This document shows positions 56,759 through 64,000 of a stretch of DNA of 64,000 bases, piece after piece. The stretch comes from an uncultured Acidobacteriota bacterium (lineage in GTDB: Bacteria; Acidobacteriota; Terriglobia; Acidiferrales; UBA7541): the NCBI GenBank assembly GCA_963745095.1, contig CAVUWC010000005.1, forward strand, positions 340,581 through 404,580. Reading direction: 5' to 3'. The translations under genes were made by a program, and so were the position numbers. The first letter of the stretch is position 1, and each line of letters begins with the position of its first letter. The notes below the pieces were generated by a model. That model was not told the origin of the DNA. It saw only the letters and a list, made by a program, of their open reading frames with translations, and did no database searches.

Positions 56759-56891
56759 CTCAACCCTCAGGCTTCTAATACTGACACGCTCAACAAACAC
56801 CCACCTCACGGGCCGACTCCCTGTGAGCCTAAACCCTTTAAACGCAACGCTTACAAAATACCAGGGGGGCCCCCGCGCGCCGAACTCTCTC

Positions 56892-56914
56892 GTAGTGGCG
56901 CAGCATGCTGCGCC
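56892..56914 (+). repeat. REP-like palindrome, class C
   Basis: Identical to 56736-56758 and exactly 156 bp downstream, in copy 2 of the tandem repeat. Confidence 0.7.
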
Positions 56915-57030
56915 CTCAACCCTCAGGCTTCTAATACTGCCGCGCTCAACAAACACCCACCTCACGGGCCGACTCCCTGTGAGCCTAAACCCTTTAAACG
57001 CAACGCTTACAAAAACAAGGGGGGTGCTCG

Positions 57031-57990
57031 TTGAGTCTTGACACCGCCCGACGCGTCTTGAAAATCGAAGCCCAAGCCATCCAAGACGTCTTCGCGCGCC
57101 TCGACGCCACCTTTGAAAAAGCCGTCGATCTCCTCTTCACCTGCAAAGGCCGCGTCGTCGTTACAGGCATGGGCAAATCCGGCCTGGTCGGGCGCAAAAT
57201 TTCCGCTACGTTCTCCAGCACCGGCACGCCTTCCTTTTTCCTCCATCCCGCGGACGCCCTCCATGGAGACCTCGGCATGCTCGCTCGAGGCGACTCCGTC
57301 CTCGCCGTTTCCTACGGCGGCGAAACGGAAGAAATCATCCGCTTGCTCGAAACCCTAAAGCGTCTCGAAGCTCCGCTCGTTACACTGACAGGCAAGATTC
57401 AATCGACTCTCGCTAAAGCCAGCGACGTGACTCTCGACGTCAGCGTCCGCGAAGAAGCATGCTCGCTCAATCTCGCGCCGACTGCCAGCACCACGGTCGC
57501 GATGGCTGTCGGCGATGCCCTGGCTGTCTCCCTGCTGGAACGCCGGGGCTTCCAACCACAAGATTTTGCCGACCTCCATCCCGCCGGACGACTTGGTAGA
57601 AAACTCCTGCGCGTTGAGAACACCATGCATGCTGGCGACGCTCTGCCTCGCGTTTCGTTGGACACTCCCATGCATGACGTCATCCATGAAATGAGCAGCA
57701 AAGGCCTCGGCATGACAACGGTTCTCGAATCCGACGGCCACCTTGCGGGGATCGTCACCGATGGCGACCTGCGCCGCTTGATGGAAAAACACCGTGGCGC
57801 CACGCTGGAAATGTCCGCAGCCGCGGCCATGACGCGAAATCCCCAAACCATCGGCCCACACGTCCTCGCTAGCGAAGCCCTAAATCAAATGGAGAAGCGC
57901 AAAATCACAAGCGTGGTTGTTGTCGACGAATCAAAAAAAGTTCTCGGGGTGGTACATCTTCACGATCTCTGGACCCTGGAGCTTATGTGA
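57031..57990 (+). CDS. kdsD: Arabinose-5-phosphate isomerase (KdsD/KpsF)
   Basis: 319 aa with a TTG start. The SIS domain contains GRVVVTGMGKSGLVGRKISATFSSTGTPSFFLHPADALHGDLG, followed by a C-terminal CBS pair. Confidence 0.9.
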   Translation: MSLDTARRVLKIEAQAIQDVFARLDATFEKAVDLLFTCKGRVVVTGMGKSGLVGRKISATFSSTGTPSFFLHPADALHGDLGMLARGDSVLAVSYGGETEEIIRLLETLKRLEAPLVTLTGKIQSTLAKASDVTLDVSVREEACSLNLAPTASTTVAMAVGDALAVSLLERRGFQPQDFADLHPAGRLGRKLLRVENTMHAGDALPRVSLDTPMHDVIHEMSSKGLGMTTVLESDGHLAGIVTDGDLRRLMEKHRGATLEMSAAAAMTRNPQTIGPHVLASEALNQMEKRKITSVVVVDESKKVLGVVHLHDLWTLELM

Positions 57991-58006
57991 CGGCGTGAAA
58001 GCCGTT

Positions 58007-58029
58007 GTAGTGGCGGACCTTTAGGTCCG
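58007..58029 (+). repeat. REP-like palindrome, class D (GTAGTGGCGGACCTTTAGGTCCG)
   Basis: A GTAGTGG head is followed by the stem CGGACC/GGTCCG with loop TTTA, 17 nt after the kdsD stop. Confidence 0.55.
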
Positions 58030-58060
58030 TGACGTTTCCAATCTCTACCGGGAGCAACCC

Positions 58061-58621
58061 TTGGCAAAAGGCATGATCAAAATCCCCGCGAACCTTGCGA
58101 AGCGCGCAAAGCAAATCCAAGTGCTTCTGATGGATGTGGACGGCACCATGACGGACGGCTCCGTCATTCTGCTCTCGCAACCCAACGGGACCGCCCTCGA
58201 AATCAAAAACTTTGACGCTCACGACGGCCAGGGCCTGACTCTCGCGCACACGGCAGGAATCCGCACAGGAGTCATCACCGGGCGCGAAAGTCCAGCGCTC
58301 TTGCGGCGCGCCAACGAAATGAAAATGGAGTTCATCTATCAAAAGCAGCCAACGAAAATTCCCGCGCTGGAGGATATTCTCAAGAAAGCTGGCGTGCCGG
58401 AGTCAGCGGTAGCTTATGTCGGCGACGATCTTCCGGACTTGCCAGTCATGCGTCGCGTTGGGCTGGCCGTCGCCGTGGGCGACGCGGTCCTCGAAGTGAA
58501 ACTCGCGGCGCACTACGTCACCAAAGCCGTTGCAGGAAGAGGCGCCATCCGCGAAGCCGTCGAACTCATACTCAAATCAAAAGGCATCTGGGACGAAATG
58601 ATTGAGAAGGCACGGGCCTAG
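58061..58621 (+). CDS. kdsC: 3-deoxy-D-manno-octulosonate-8-phosphate phosphatase (KdsC, HAD family)
   Basis: 186 aa with HAD motif I (LLMDVDGTMTDG) and YVGDDLPDLPVM. The start is either TTG 58061 or ATG 58073. Confidence 0.88.
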   Translation: MAKGMIKIPANLAKRAKQIQVLLMDVDGTMTDGSVILLSQPNGTALEIKNFDAHDGQGLTLAHTAGIRTGVITGRESPALLRRANEMKMEFIYQKQPTKIPALEDILKKAGVPESAVAYVGDDLPDLPVMRRVGLAVAVGDAVLEVKLAAHYVTKAVAGRGAIREAVELILKSKGIWDEMIEKARA

Positions 58622-58686
58622 CGCCGCACCGCGCTTGTAACACAACTCCTCCCGTTGTATGGTCCAGCCTCGAATCGGAGGCATGC

Positions 58687-59544
58687 ATGGCCCAGCCCGC
58701 GCGTTCTCGCGTTCAGGTCCTCACTTATCTCGTCATCCTTTTGGCGCTCAGCTCGTTTTTTTATTTCCTCATCATTCATTCCGGCAGCCTCGGCTACGGT
58801 CGCGGCATGTATGTCTTCGGTCTCATGTGGTGCCCCGCTTTGGCAGGCATGCTCACCTTGCGGCTGAATGGCCGGAGCATCGCTGATATTGGCTGGAAAT
58901 GGGGCGAAACCAAATATCAGATTCGTAGTTGGTACATTCCAATTCTGTACGCCTCTGTCGCCTACGCCATTATCTGGATTTTTCATTTCGGCGCGTTTGG
59001 CAATCCCGAGTACTACGATGCGATGACAAAGTCCATGCATCTGGGCGGCCCTCCATGGATTTCCGTCGTCCTGGGAATTTTTCTACTCGGCACATTCGGA
59101 ATGGTTCGCAGCGTTTCCGCCTGCCTCGGCGAAGAAATCGGTTGGCGCGGATTTCTGGTCCCCGAGCTTTCTAAAACCACATCTTTTACCGCGACTTCGC
59201 TTATCAGCGGCGTCATTTGGTCGCTCTGGCACTATCCCATCTTGATTTTCGCAGACTACAACGCCGGCACTCCCACTTGGTACGGCCTCAGCTGCTTCAC
59301 CGTGATGGTCGTTTCTATCAGCTTCATTTTTGCCTGGATGCGCCTCAAATCCGGCAGCGTCTGGACCGCCGCGATTCTCCACGCCAGCCACAACCTCTAT
59401 ATCCAAGGCGTCTTTACTCCGATAACGCGCGACACAGGGAAAACGAAGTGGTTCGTCGACGAATTCGGCTGCGTCCTTCCGCTGGTCGCCATCGCCTTCG
59501 CCATTTATTTCTGGACCAGGCGACGCGAATTGCCGACTGCGTAG
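58687..59544 (+). CDS. CPBP-family intramembrane glutamic endopeptidase (CAAX protease-like)
   Basis: 285 aa, polytopic, with motif 1 (GEEIGWRGFLVPEL) and motif 2 (AAILHASHNLY). Confidence 0.85.
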   Translation: MAQPARSRVQVLTYLVILLALSSFFYFLIIHSGSLGYGRGMYVFGLMWCPALAGMLTLRLNGRSIADIGWKWGETKYQIRSWYIPILYASVAYAIIWIFHFGAFGNPEYYDAMTKSMHLGGPPWISVVLGIFLLGTFGMVRSVSACLGEEIGWRGFLVPELSKTTSFTATSLISGVIWSLWHYPILIFADYNAGTPTWYGLSCFTVMVVSISFIFAWMRLKSGSVWTAAILHASHNLYIQGVFTPITRDTGKTKWFVDEFGCVLPLVAIAFAIYFWTRRRELPTA

Positions 59545-59552
59545 AAGAAAGA

Positions 59553-59576
59553 GGGCACGATGTATCGTGCCCCTAC
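59553..59576 (-). repeat. REP-like palindrome, class B (reverse complement GTAGGGGCACGATACATCGTGCCC)
   Basis: The plus strand reads GGGCACGA-tgta-TCGTGCCC-CTAC, starting 9 nt after the CPBP gene's stop. The stem is the same as in the 49283 copy, in opposite orientation. Confidence 0.7.
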
Positions 59577-59704
59577 GGGAGTTCCTGTCGCTACGCCCGG
59601 CAATCGTGCTACAGGTGTGCTCCTATAGTTTTTTGGCGTCCAGAGACTTTCCGGAGATAATAGGATGTAGCAATTTATGACACCATGACGAAGGATGTGC
59701 ACTG

Positions 59705-60262
59705 ATGCTCCACGCCTGGCATGATGTTTCACCAGGAGACGAACTTCCCCGCGATTTTCAAGCGGTGATCGAAATCCCGCTCGGCTCGAACGTGAAGTAC
59801 GAGTTGGACAAGCCCAGTGGCTTGCTGAAAGTCGATCGCATCATTCACTCGGCCGTTTTTTACCCTGCGAACTACGGGTTCATTCCCCAGACGTACGCGG
59901 AGGACAACGATCCTCTGGACGTGCTGGTTCTTTGCCAAGAGCCCGTCCAACCGCTCGCTCTCATTAAGGCGCGCGCCATCGGGCTGATGTCCATGATCGA
60001 CTCCGGCGCCAGCGACGACAAAATCATTGCAGTGGCCACTGGCGATCCGGAATTCAGCAGCTACATTGAGGCTCGCGACCTTCCGCCGCATCGCTTGCTC
60101 GTACTCCGGCGTTTCTTTCAGGATTACAAGCTGCTCGAGGGTAAAAAGGTGGAAGTCGATGAAATACGCCCGGCCTACGCCGCGCTGACCGTTATCGAAC
60201 GGTCTCTGGCCCGCTATAAAGCCGAACGAGAGCACCTATTGGCAAAAGATGCGCGGAAATGA
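59705..60262 (+). CDS. ppa: Inorganic diphosphatase (family I)
   Basis: 185 aa containing [34 protein letters not shown] and DDKIIAV. Confidence 0.95.
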   Translation: MLHAWHDVSPGDELPRDFQAVIEIPLGSNVKYELDKPSGLLKVDRIIHSAVFYPANYGFIPQTYAEDNDPLDVLVLCQEPVQPLALIKARAIGLMSMIDSGASDDKIIAVATGDPEFSSYIEARDLPPHRLLVLRRFFQDYKLLEGKKVEVDEIRPAYAALTVIERSLARYKAEREHLLAKDARK

Positions 60263-60278
60263 CGACAGCGGCGTGCTT

Positions 60279-60300
60279 GCGCAGCATGCTGCGCCACTAC
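60279..60300 (-). repeat. REP-like palindrome, class C (reverse orientation)
   Basis: The plus strand reads GCGCAGCATGCTGCGCC-ACTAC, the reverse complement of GTAGTGGCGCAGCATGCTGCGC. It starts 17 nt after the ppa stop. Confidence 0.65.
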
Positions 60301-60476
60301 AAGGCTGACCTGGTTGCTAGTACAAAGACACTATTCATCTGCGTCGATAGGAATGCTACGTTTTGCCACCAGAATTCGGTGAAAACTGTTCGGCTCATCC
60401 AAAGAAGTGGCCTAGACTACGCGTTTCGGCCGCAAATATGTGTGCGTGTGCGAGCAGTCTGGGTGAATAACTAACG

Positions 60477-61223
60477 ATGACTCTCTTTTGGAAATGGGTA
60501 ATTGGCGGCTTTCTGGTCCTGTTGCTAGTGGCTTTTCTACTGCTTTGCAAAATGGCTGGCAGTCCCAAAGACGTCTACGGCATGGTCCGCTACGCCCTGC
60601 CTCATATGCACCGCGGCACGCTCAAAGTCGGCGACGACGCTCCCGACGCCCGCCTCCTGGACCTTGACGGTGCAAATCATTTCCATATTCGCGAACGCAC
60701 TGGCGCTCGCCCTCTTGTCGTCATCTTCGGCAGCTACACTTGACCGCCCTTCCGCCGCCACGTCGGTGACGTGGTGCAGATTTACAACGACTACAAAGAT
60801 CACGCCGATTTTCTGACCGTGTATGTACGTGAAGCGCATCCGACCGACGAGTGGCAAATGAAGTCCAACGTGAAGGATGACGTCTGCTACGCCCAGCCGA
60901 AAACTCTCGCGCAGCGAGTAGCGATCGCGAACGATTTCATCAAACGCTTCCACTACCCCATCGCCTTCGGAATCGACGACATCGACAACGCCGCCAATGA
61001 CGCCTACTCCGCATGGCCCGAGCGTTTCTACATCATCGACGAATCCGGCCGCATTGCATATCGGGGCGGCATGGGACCGTTTCATTACAATCCCGACGAA
61101 GTTCGCGCATGGCTGGCGTCACGGTATGGCGCGGTGAAGCACGATCCGCCCGCGACTCAGGCGACTACTCCTACTACGGCTACGTCGTCAACAACGCCGA
61201 CTTCGCCAACAGGTGGGAGCTGA
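60477..61223 (+). CDS. Membrane-anchored iodothyronine-deiodinase-like thioredoxin-fold selenoprotein (in-frame TGA = Sec at 60741-60743)
   Basis: ORFs 60477-60743 and 60771-61223 are in the same frame and are separated only by TGA. Read-through gives ...RPLVVIFGSYT-U-PPFRRHVGDVVQIYNDYKDHADFLTVYVREAHPTDEW..., the deiodinase active-site signature with TGA at the catalytic position. A hairpin lies 12 nt downstream. The protein has an N-terminal TM helix and a Thr/Pro-rich C-terminal tail. Confidence 0.8.
60756..60776 (+). promoter_or_regulatory. Candidate bacterial SECIS stem-loop
   Basis: CGCCACGU-CGGUG-ACGUGGUG forms 8 bp (one G-U pair) with a G/U-containing apical loop. It starts 12 nt after the in-frame UGA. 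Confidence 0.55.
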
Positions 61224-61355
61224 TCCATCCGAAGACATGAGATTTTCGCTGGCAAACATTGGGGTTTCTTCATGATAGAATTTTTCGCGATGACAGCTGT
61301 CGCTCCATCGTGTTACAAAGAGTTCTAGGCCAGCGAAAAACGGAGAGGACGACTT

Positions 61356-61586
61356 ATGGCGCTTGATTGGTCACAATGCCCCGCCGTGGAAAGCATTCCC
61401 GGTAAGGTGGGCGGGGCATGGGTTTTCAAAGGGACGCGAATGCCCGTCTCTGTTGTCTTTGAGAATTTGGAAGATGGGATGACCATTGAAGAACTTATGG
61501 AGCAGTTCCCTGTCTCGCGTGAAGAGGTCAAGGCGGTCCTTGAATTCGCGGCGCGTAGTCTGGATGCGCCTGTCTGCCGGCCCTAG
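61356..61586 (+). CDS. DUF433-domain protein (putative antitoxin-like HTH)
   Basis: 76 aa containing PGKVGGAWVFKGTRMPVSVVFENLEDGMTIEELMEQFPVSREEVKAVLEF, the typical DUF433 pattern. Its stop codon abuts the next ATG. Confidence 0.8.
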   Translation: MALDWSQCPAVESIPGKVGGAWVFKGTRMPVSVVFENLEDGMTIEELMEQFPVSREEVKAVLEFAARSLDAPVCRP

Positions 61587-61913
61587 ATGCGCGTCTTGCT
61601 GGACACCGGTGCTCCTCGCGGAATAGCTCCCGCCCTCCACGGTCATACAGTCACAGAGAGCAGGTCACTGGGTTGGGATGAACTAAAAAATGGCGATCTA
61701 CTTGACGCAGCGGAATTAGCCGGATTTGAAGTCTTCGTGACTACCGATAAAAATATCAGGTATCAACAAAATCTCTCCAAGCGGAAAATCTCAATTGTCG
61801 TGCTCGGCAGAGGCCGGTGGCGACTCATTCGGCCAATGCTCTCGCAAGTGGTAGCTGCTGTTGATGCCGCAAAACCTGGCAGCTTCAGAGAAGTGGGCAT
61901 TGCTGATGAATAG
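61587..61913 (+). CDS. DUF5615/Mut7-C-like PIN-fold protein (putative toxin)
   Basis: 108 aa starting MRVLLDTGAPRGIA and containing DLLDAAELAGFEVFVTTDKNIRYQQNL. The ATG immediately follows the DUF433 gene's TAG. Confidence 0.72.
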   Translation: MRVLLDTGAPRGIAPALHGHTVTESRSLGWDELKNGDLLDAAELAGFEVFVTTDKNIRYQQNLSKRKISIVVLGRGRWRLIRPMLSQVVAAVDAAKPGSFREVGIADE

Positions 61914-61921
61914 GGTTTCTC

Positions 61922-62680
61922 TTGCTCCCCAAAACGAATAGGGCAGGCCTGGCCCGCGCACTCTCCAAACTTGGCTTTTGCTCCCGAGGACAAGCCGCAC
62001 AACTCATTCGCGCGGGAAAAGTTCGTGTGAACGGCGGGGTGCGACGCGATCCGGAGACTCCCGTTAGACTTGGCAAAGATCGCATCGAAGTCGACGGACA
62101 ACAACTTAAAGCCGCGGCCAAAATTTATCTGGCGCTAAACAAGCCGCGCGGCATCGTCACCACCGCGTCCGATGAGAAAGGCCGCGACACCGTATACACA
62201 CTTCTGGACGCGAATCTTCCATGGGTCGCTCCGGTCGGCAGGCTCGACAAAGCAAGCGAAGGCTTGCTGCTGCTTACCAACGACTCGGAGTGGGGTGCTC
62301 GCGTCACCGCGCCGGAGACGCATCTCGACAAGACGTATCACGTGCAAATTGGAAAAATTGCGGATGCCTCGCTGATCGAGACTCTTGCTAAAGGCGTCCG
62401 AACAAAAGAGGGGGAAACGCTTCGGGTGAAGAGTGCTTCGCTGCTTCGTCAAGGGGAGCGGAATTCGTGGCTGGAAATTATTCTGGATGAGGGCAAGAAC
62501 CGGCACATTCGACGGATGCTGGAGGCTTTGGTTATTGACGTTCTGCGGCTGATTCGCGTGGCGATCGGTCCGGTCACGCTGGGCGATTTAGCCAAAGGCG
62601 CGGTTCGCTACCTCGGGACCGATGAGAAATTGGCGCTCGACCGCGCCATGCGCACGAACAAAATCGCGAGGAAGGTGTAG
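61922..62680 (+). CDS. Pseudouridine synthase, RsuA/RluB/RluE/RluF family, with S4 domain
   Basis: 252 aa with a TTG start. An S4-like N-terminus (LARALSKLGFCSRGQAAQLIRAGKVRVNG) is followed by the catalytic motif VGRLDKASEGLLLLTND. Confidence 0.88.
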   Translation: MLPKTNRAGLARALSKLGFCSRGQAAQLIRAGKVRVNGGVRRDPETPVRLGKDRIEVDGQQLKAAAKIYLALNKPRGIVTTASDEKGRDTVYTLLDANLPWVAPVGRLDKASEGLLLLTNDSEWGARVTAPETHLDKTYHVQIGKIADASLIETLAKGVRTKEGETLRVKSASLLRQGERNSWLEIILDEGKNRHIRRMLEALVIDVLRLIRVAIGPVTLGDLAKGAVRYLGTDEKLALDRAMRTNKIARKV

Positions 62681-62682
62681 CG

Positions 62683-64000
62683 CTACTTTTTCTTCGGGGC
62701 CTCAAGCTTGGGCTCAGCTGCAGGCTTTAAATCCTGCGCTGCTAGCTGCAGGCCGCTGATGACGACCGGATCCAATTGATATAGAGCGGGTTCGCCATCG
62801 CGTTTTGCGACGTAGTGGTCGCCATCTTTCGAGATCGATACCTTTTCAATGGTTTTTCCGCTGTTGGATGTTGCCGTCACTTCGAGTTCAGGCATGCCAA
62901 ATCCGGAGTCTACAAATTTACTGGAAGCGAGGTCGCGGACCTTCTCGACGAATCCTTGCGCGCCGATTGCGTCTAGTTTCTTTCCATCGGCGGCAAACCA
63001 ATCCGAGCCGCCTTTGGTCAAGAAATACGTCTTAGTCCCATCGTGGAACTCGATCTTGTCGGGATCGGTAAATCCCAAATCGAATAGTTTTTTGTTACGG
63101 AAATCGTCGACCGTCTTGTCGAGCGCGGTTCCCAGATCACTGCCTACTTTGTACGTGCCGTCTACCGCAGTCGACTTCGCGTAGTAGTCTTCTTTATTCT
63201 TGCGGACTTGCAACTCTTCCGTTCCGGAGGCGTCGGTCACTTTCGCAGTCGCCACTACCGTCCCGGAACTAAACGCTGCCGTAGCTTTCTTCTGGTCATC
63301 GTCCGACGCGCTCAGCTCCATCTTCGCGTCGCCCAGCTTCTGAATCAGCTCTTCGACTTTTGCATCATCGGCGCGAAATGGTTTGGGCTTCACAATTTGC
63401 CATTGGTCTTTGTTCCGGCCAAATTCGATGTCTTGTTTCTTGGCGGTTAGTTCCACGCGGCTAAGTTTGTCTTGTTCGAACAGCAGTAACCGCTTGTCCC
63501 GCAAATCCTTCGCACTTTTGTCCAGGCTGGTCTTGCTGGTGTTCGCCAGCGTAAAGACTCGAGGTTCGCCCGCCAGGGCGACGTACACGGCGTTCCCCGT
63601 CGGCGTGGTGTCCCCAATCAGCAACTTCTGCGTCTTGTTGTCTTTCTCCGTTAAATCTACAACGATCGATGGCTGCGCCAGCCCATACGCCGACAAGTCG
63701 CCGGCCTTCTCCTCGATCAACCGCTCCGAATTCAGCGAGGACAAAGTGGAGAGTACGCTTGCTACTTGATTCTGGTCCGCTCTCAGCGGCTTCGCGGCCA
63801 TAATCTGCCACTTCCCGGCCGCGTCCTTCGCCAGCGCCACTTCGTCTCCGTCTTTCCTTTTGATGTCGACTTTCGTGATGTCCGCTTCGGCAAGCGTAAG
63901 AATTTTCGGAGCCACGTCCGCGGTAACTTTCACCGTGGGCTCGGCAGACTTTCGCCGATTCGTCCAGTAGAGAGTTCCCGAGAGCGCCGCCAAAACAACG
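62683..64000 (-). CDS. DUF4340-like protein, 5' end beyond window
   Basis: The frame stays open to the window edge, where residues ...VVLAALSGTLYWT look like the end of an N-terminal TM anchor. The repetitive beta-rich body has the recurring pattern K..I..I.... (ITKVDIKRKDGDEVALAKD, LSRVELTAKKQDIEFGRNK, PDKIEFHDGTKTYFL). Confidence 0.6.
   Translation of the reverse strand, partial: VVLAALSGTLYWTNRRKSAEPTVKVTADVAPKILTLAEADITKVDIKRKDGDEVALAKDAAGKWQIMAAKPLRADQNQVASVLSTLSSLNSERLIEEKAGDLSAYGLAQPSIVVDLTEKDNKTQKLLIGDTTPTGNAVYVALAGEPRVFTLANTSKTSLDKSAKDLRDKRLLLFEQDKLSRVELTAKKQDIEFGRNKDQWQIVKPKPFRADDAKVEELIQKLGDAKMELSASDDDQKKATAAFSSGTVVATAKVTDASGTEELQVRKNKEDYYAKSTAVDGTYKVGSDLGTALDKTVDDFRNKKLFDLGFTDPDKIEFHDGTKTYFLTKGGSDWFAADGKKLDAIGAQGFVEKVRDLASSKFVDSGFGMPELEVTATSNSGKTIEKVSISKDGDHYVAKRDGEPALYQLDPVVISGLQLAAQDLKPAAEPKLEAPKKK

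Larger units (their letters stand above)
56667..57024 (+). repeat. Tandem duplication, 156-bp unit x about 2.3
   Basis: Units start at 56667, 56823 and 56979 (the last is partial). Copies 1 and 2 differ at about 7 positions. Each full unit carries a class C REP palindrome. The partial third copy ends in the AAGGGGGG Shine-Dalgarno-like run 7 nt before the kdsD TTG start. Confidence 0.92.

Noticed and set aside
56667-57024. Possible CRISPR array (also considered for 18217-18316)
   Set aside because: The units are directly tandem with no unique spacers. The unit sizes (156 bp and 7 bp) are wrong for CRISPR, and no cas genes are in the window.
56514-57041. 175-aa plus-strand ORF spanning the kdsA-kdsD spacer
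   Set aside because: It starts inside the kdsA stop region. It is built entirely from REP hairpins and the 156-bp tandem repeat, so its peptide simply repeats (SLNPLNATLTKYQGGPR...VVAQHAAPSTLRLLIL). Its composition is not protein-like.

Overview
This 64-kb segment is dense, high-G+C chromosome with about 55 protein-coding genes on both strands. I recognised no rRNA, tRNA, CRISPR array, transposase or integrase. Several families point to an Acidobacteriota (Terriglobia-type) genome, by inference only: two ADOP-type duplicated FtsX/MacB-like permeases, one with a PadR partner; two tandem acidobacterial-type VWA proteins; and Ser/Thr kinases fused to TPR or TolB-like propellers. Recognisable genes include a complete pilM-N-O-P-Q type IV pilus operon headed by a small HTH gene, a UbiD-family decarboxylase, and the repair genes uvrC and uvrA. 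Also present are a cysteine desulfurase with mnmA, deoB, pyrG, ppa, a pseudouridine synthase, and a dispersed Kdo pathway (kdsB, kdsA, kdsD, kdsC). Accessory genes include an SPFH protein, a CE15-like esterase, cytochrome P460, a DipZ-like thioredoxin-fold protein, a VOC protein and a CPBP protease. The most notable observations are: (1) a deiodinase-like selenoprotein that the ORF track splits at an in-frame TGA, with a SECIS-like hairpin 12 nt downstream; (2) a family of at least 12 GTAG/GTGG-headed REP-like palindromes in several sequence classes, mostly just after stop codons, with two lying in frame inside coding sequences; (3) a 156-bp unit repeated about 2.3 times between kdsA and kdsD; (4) a perfect 14-copy heptanucleotide microsatellite; (5) a translationally coupled uvrA operon ending in a basic-tailed HExxH (SprT/DUF45-like) metallopeptidase; (6) a Met/His-rich exported protein next to a polytopic membrane gene that looks frameshifted. 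I could not establish a clearly novel multi-gene system such as a defence system from sequence alone. The candidate modules are flagged with modest scores. All family calls come from motifs read by eye, not from database searches.
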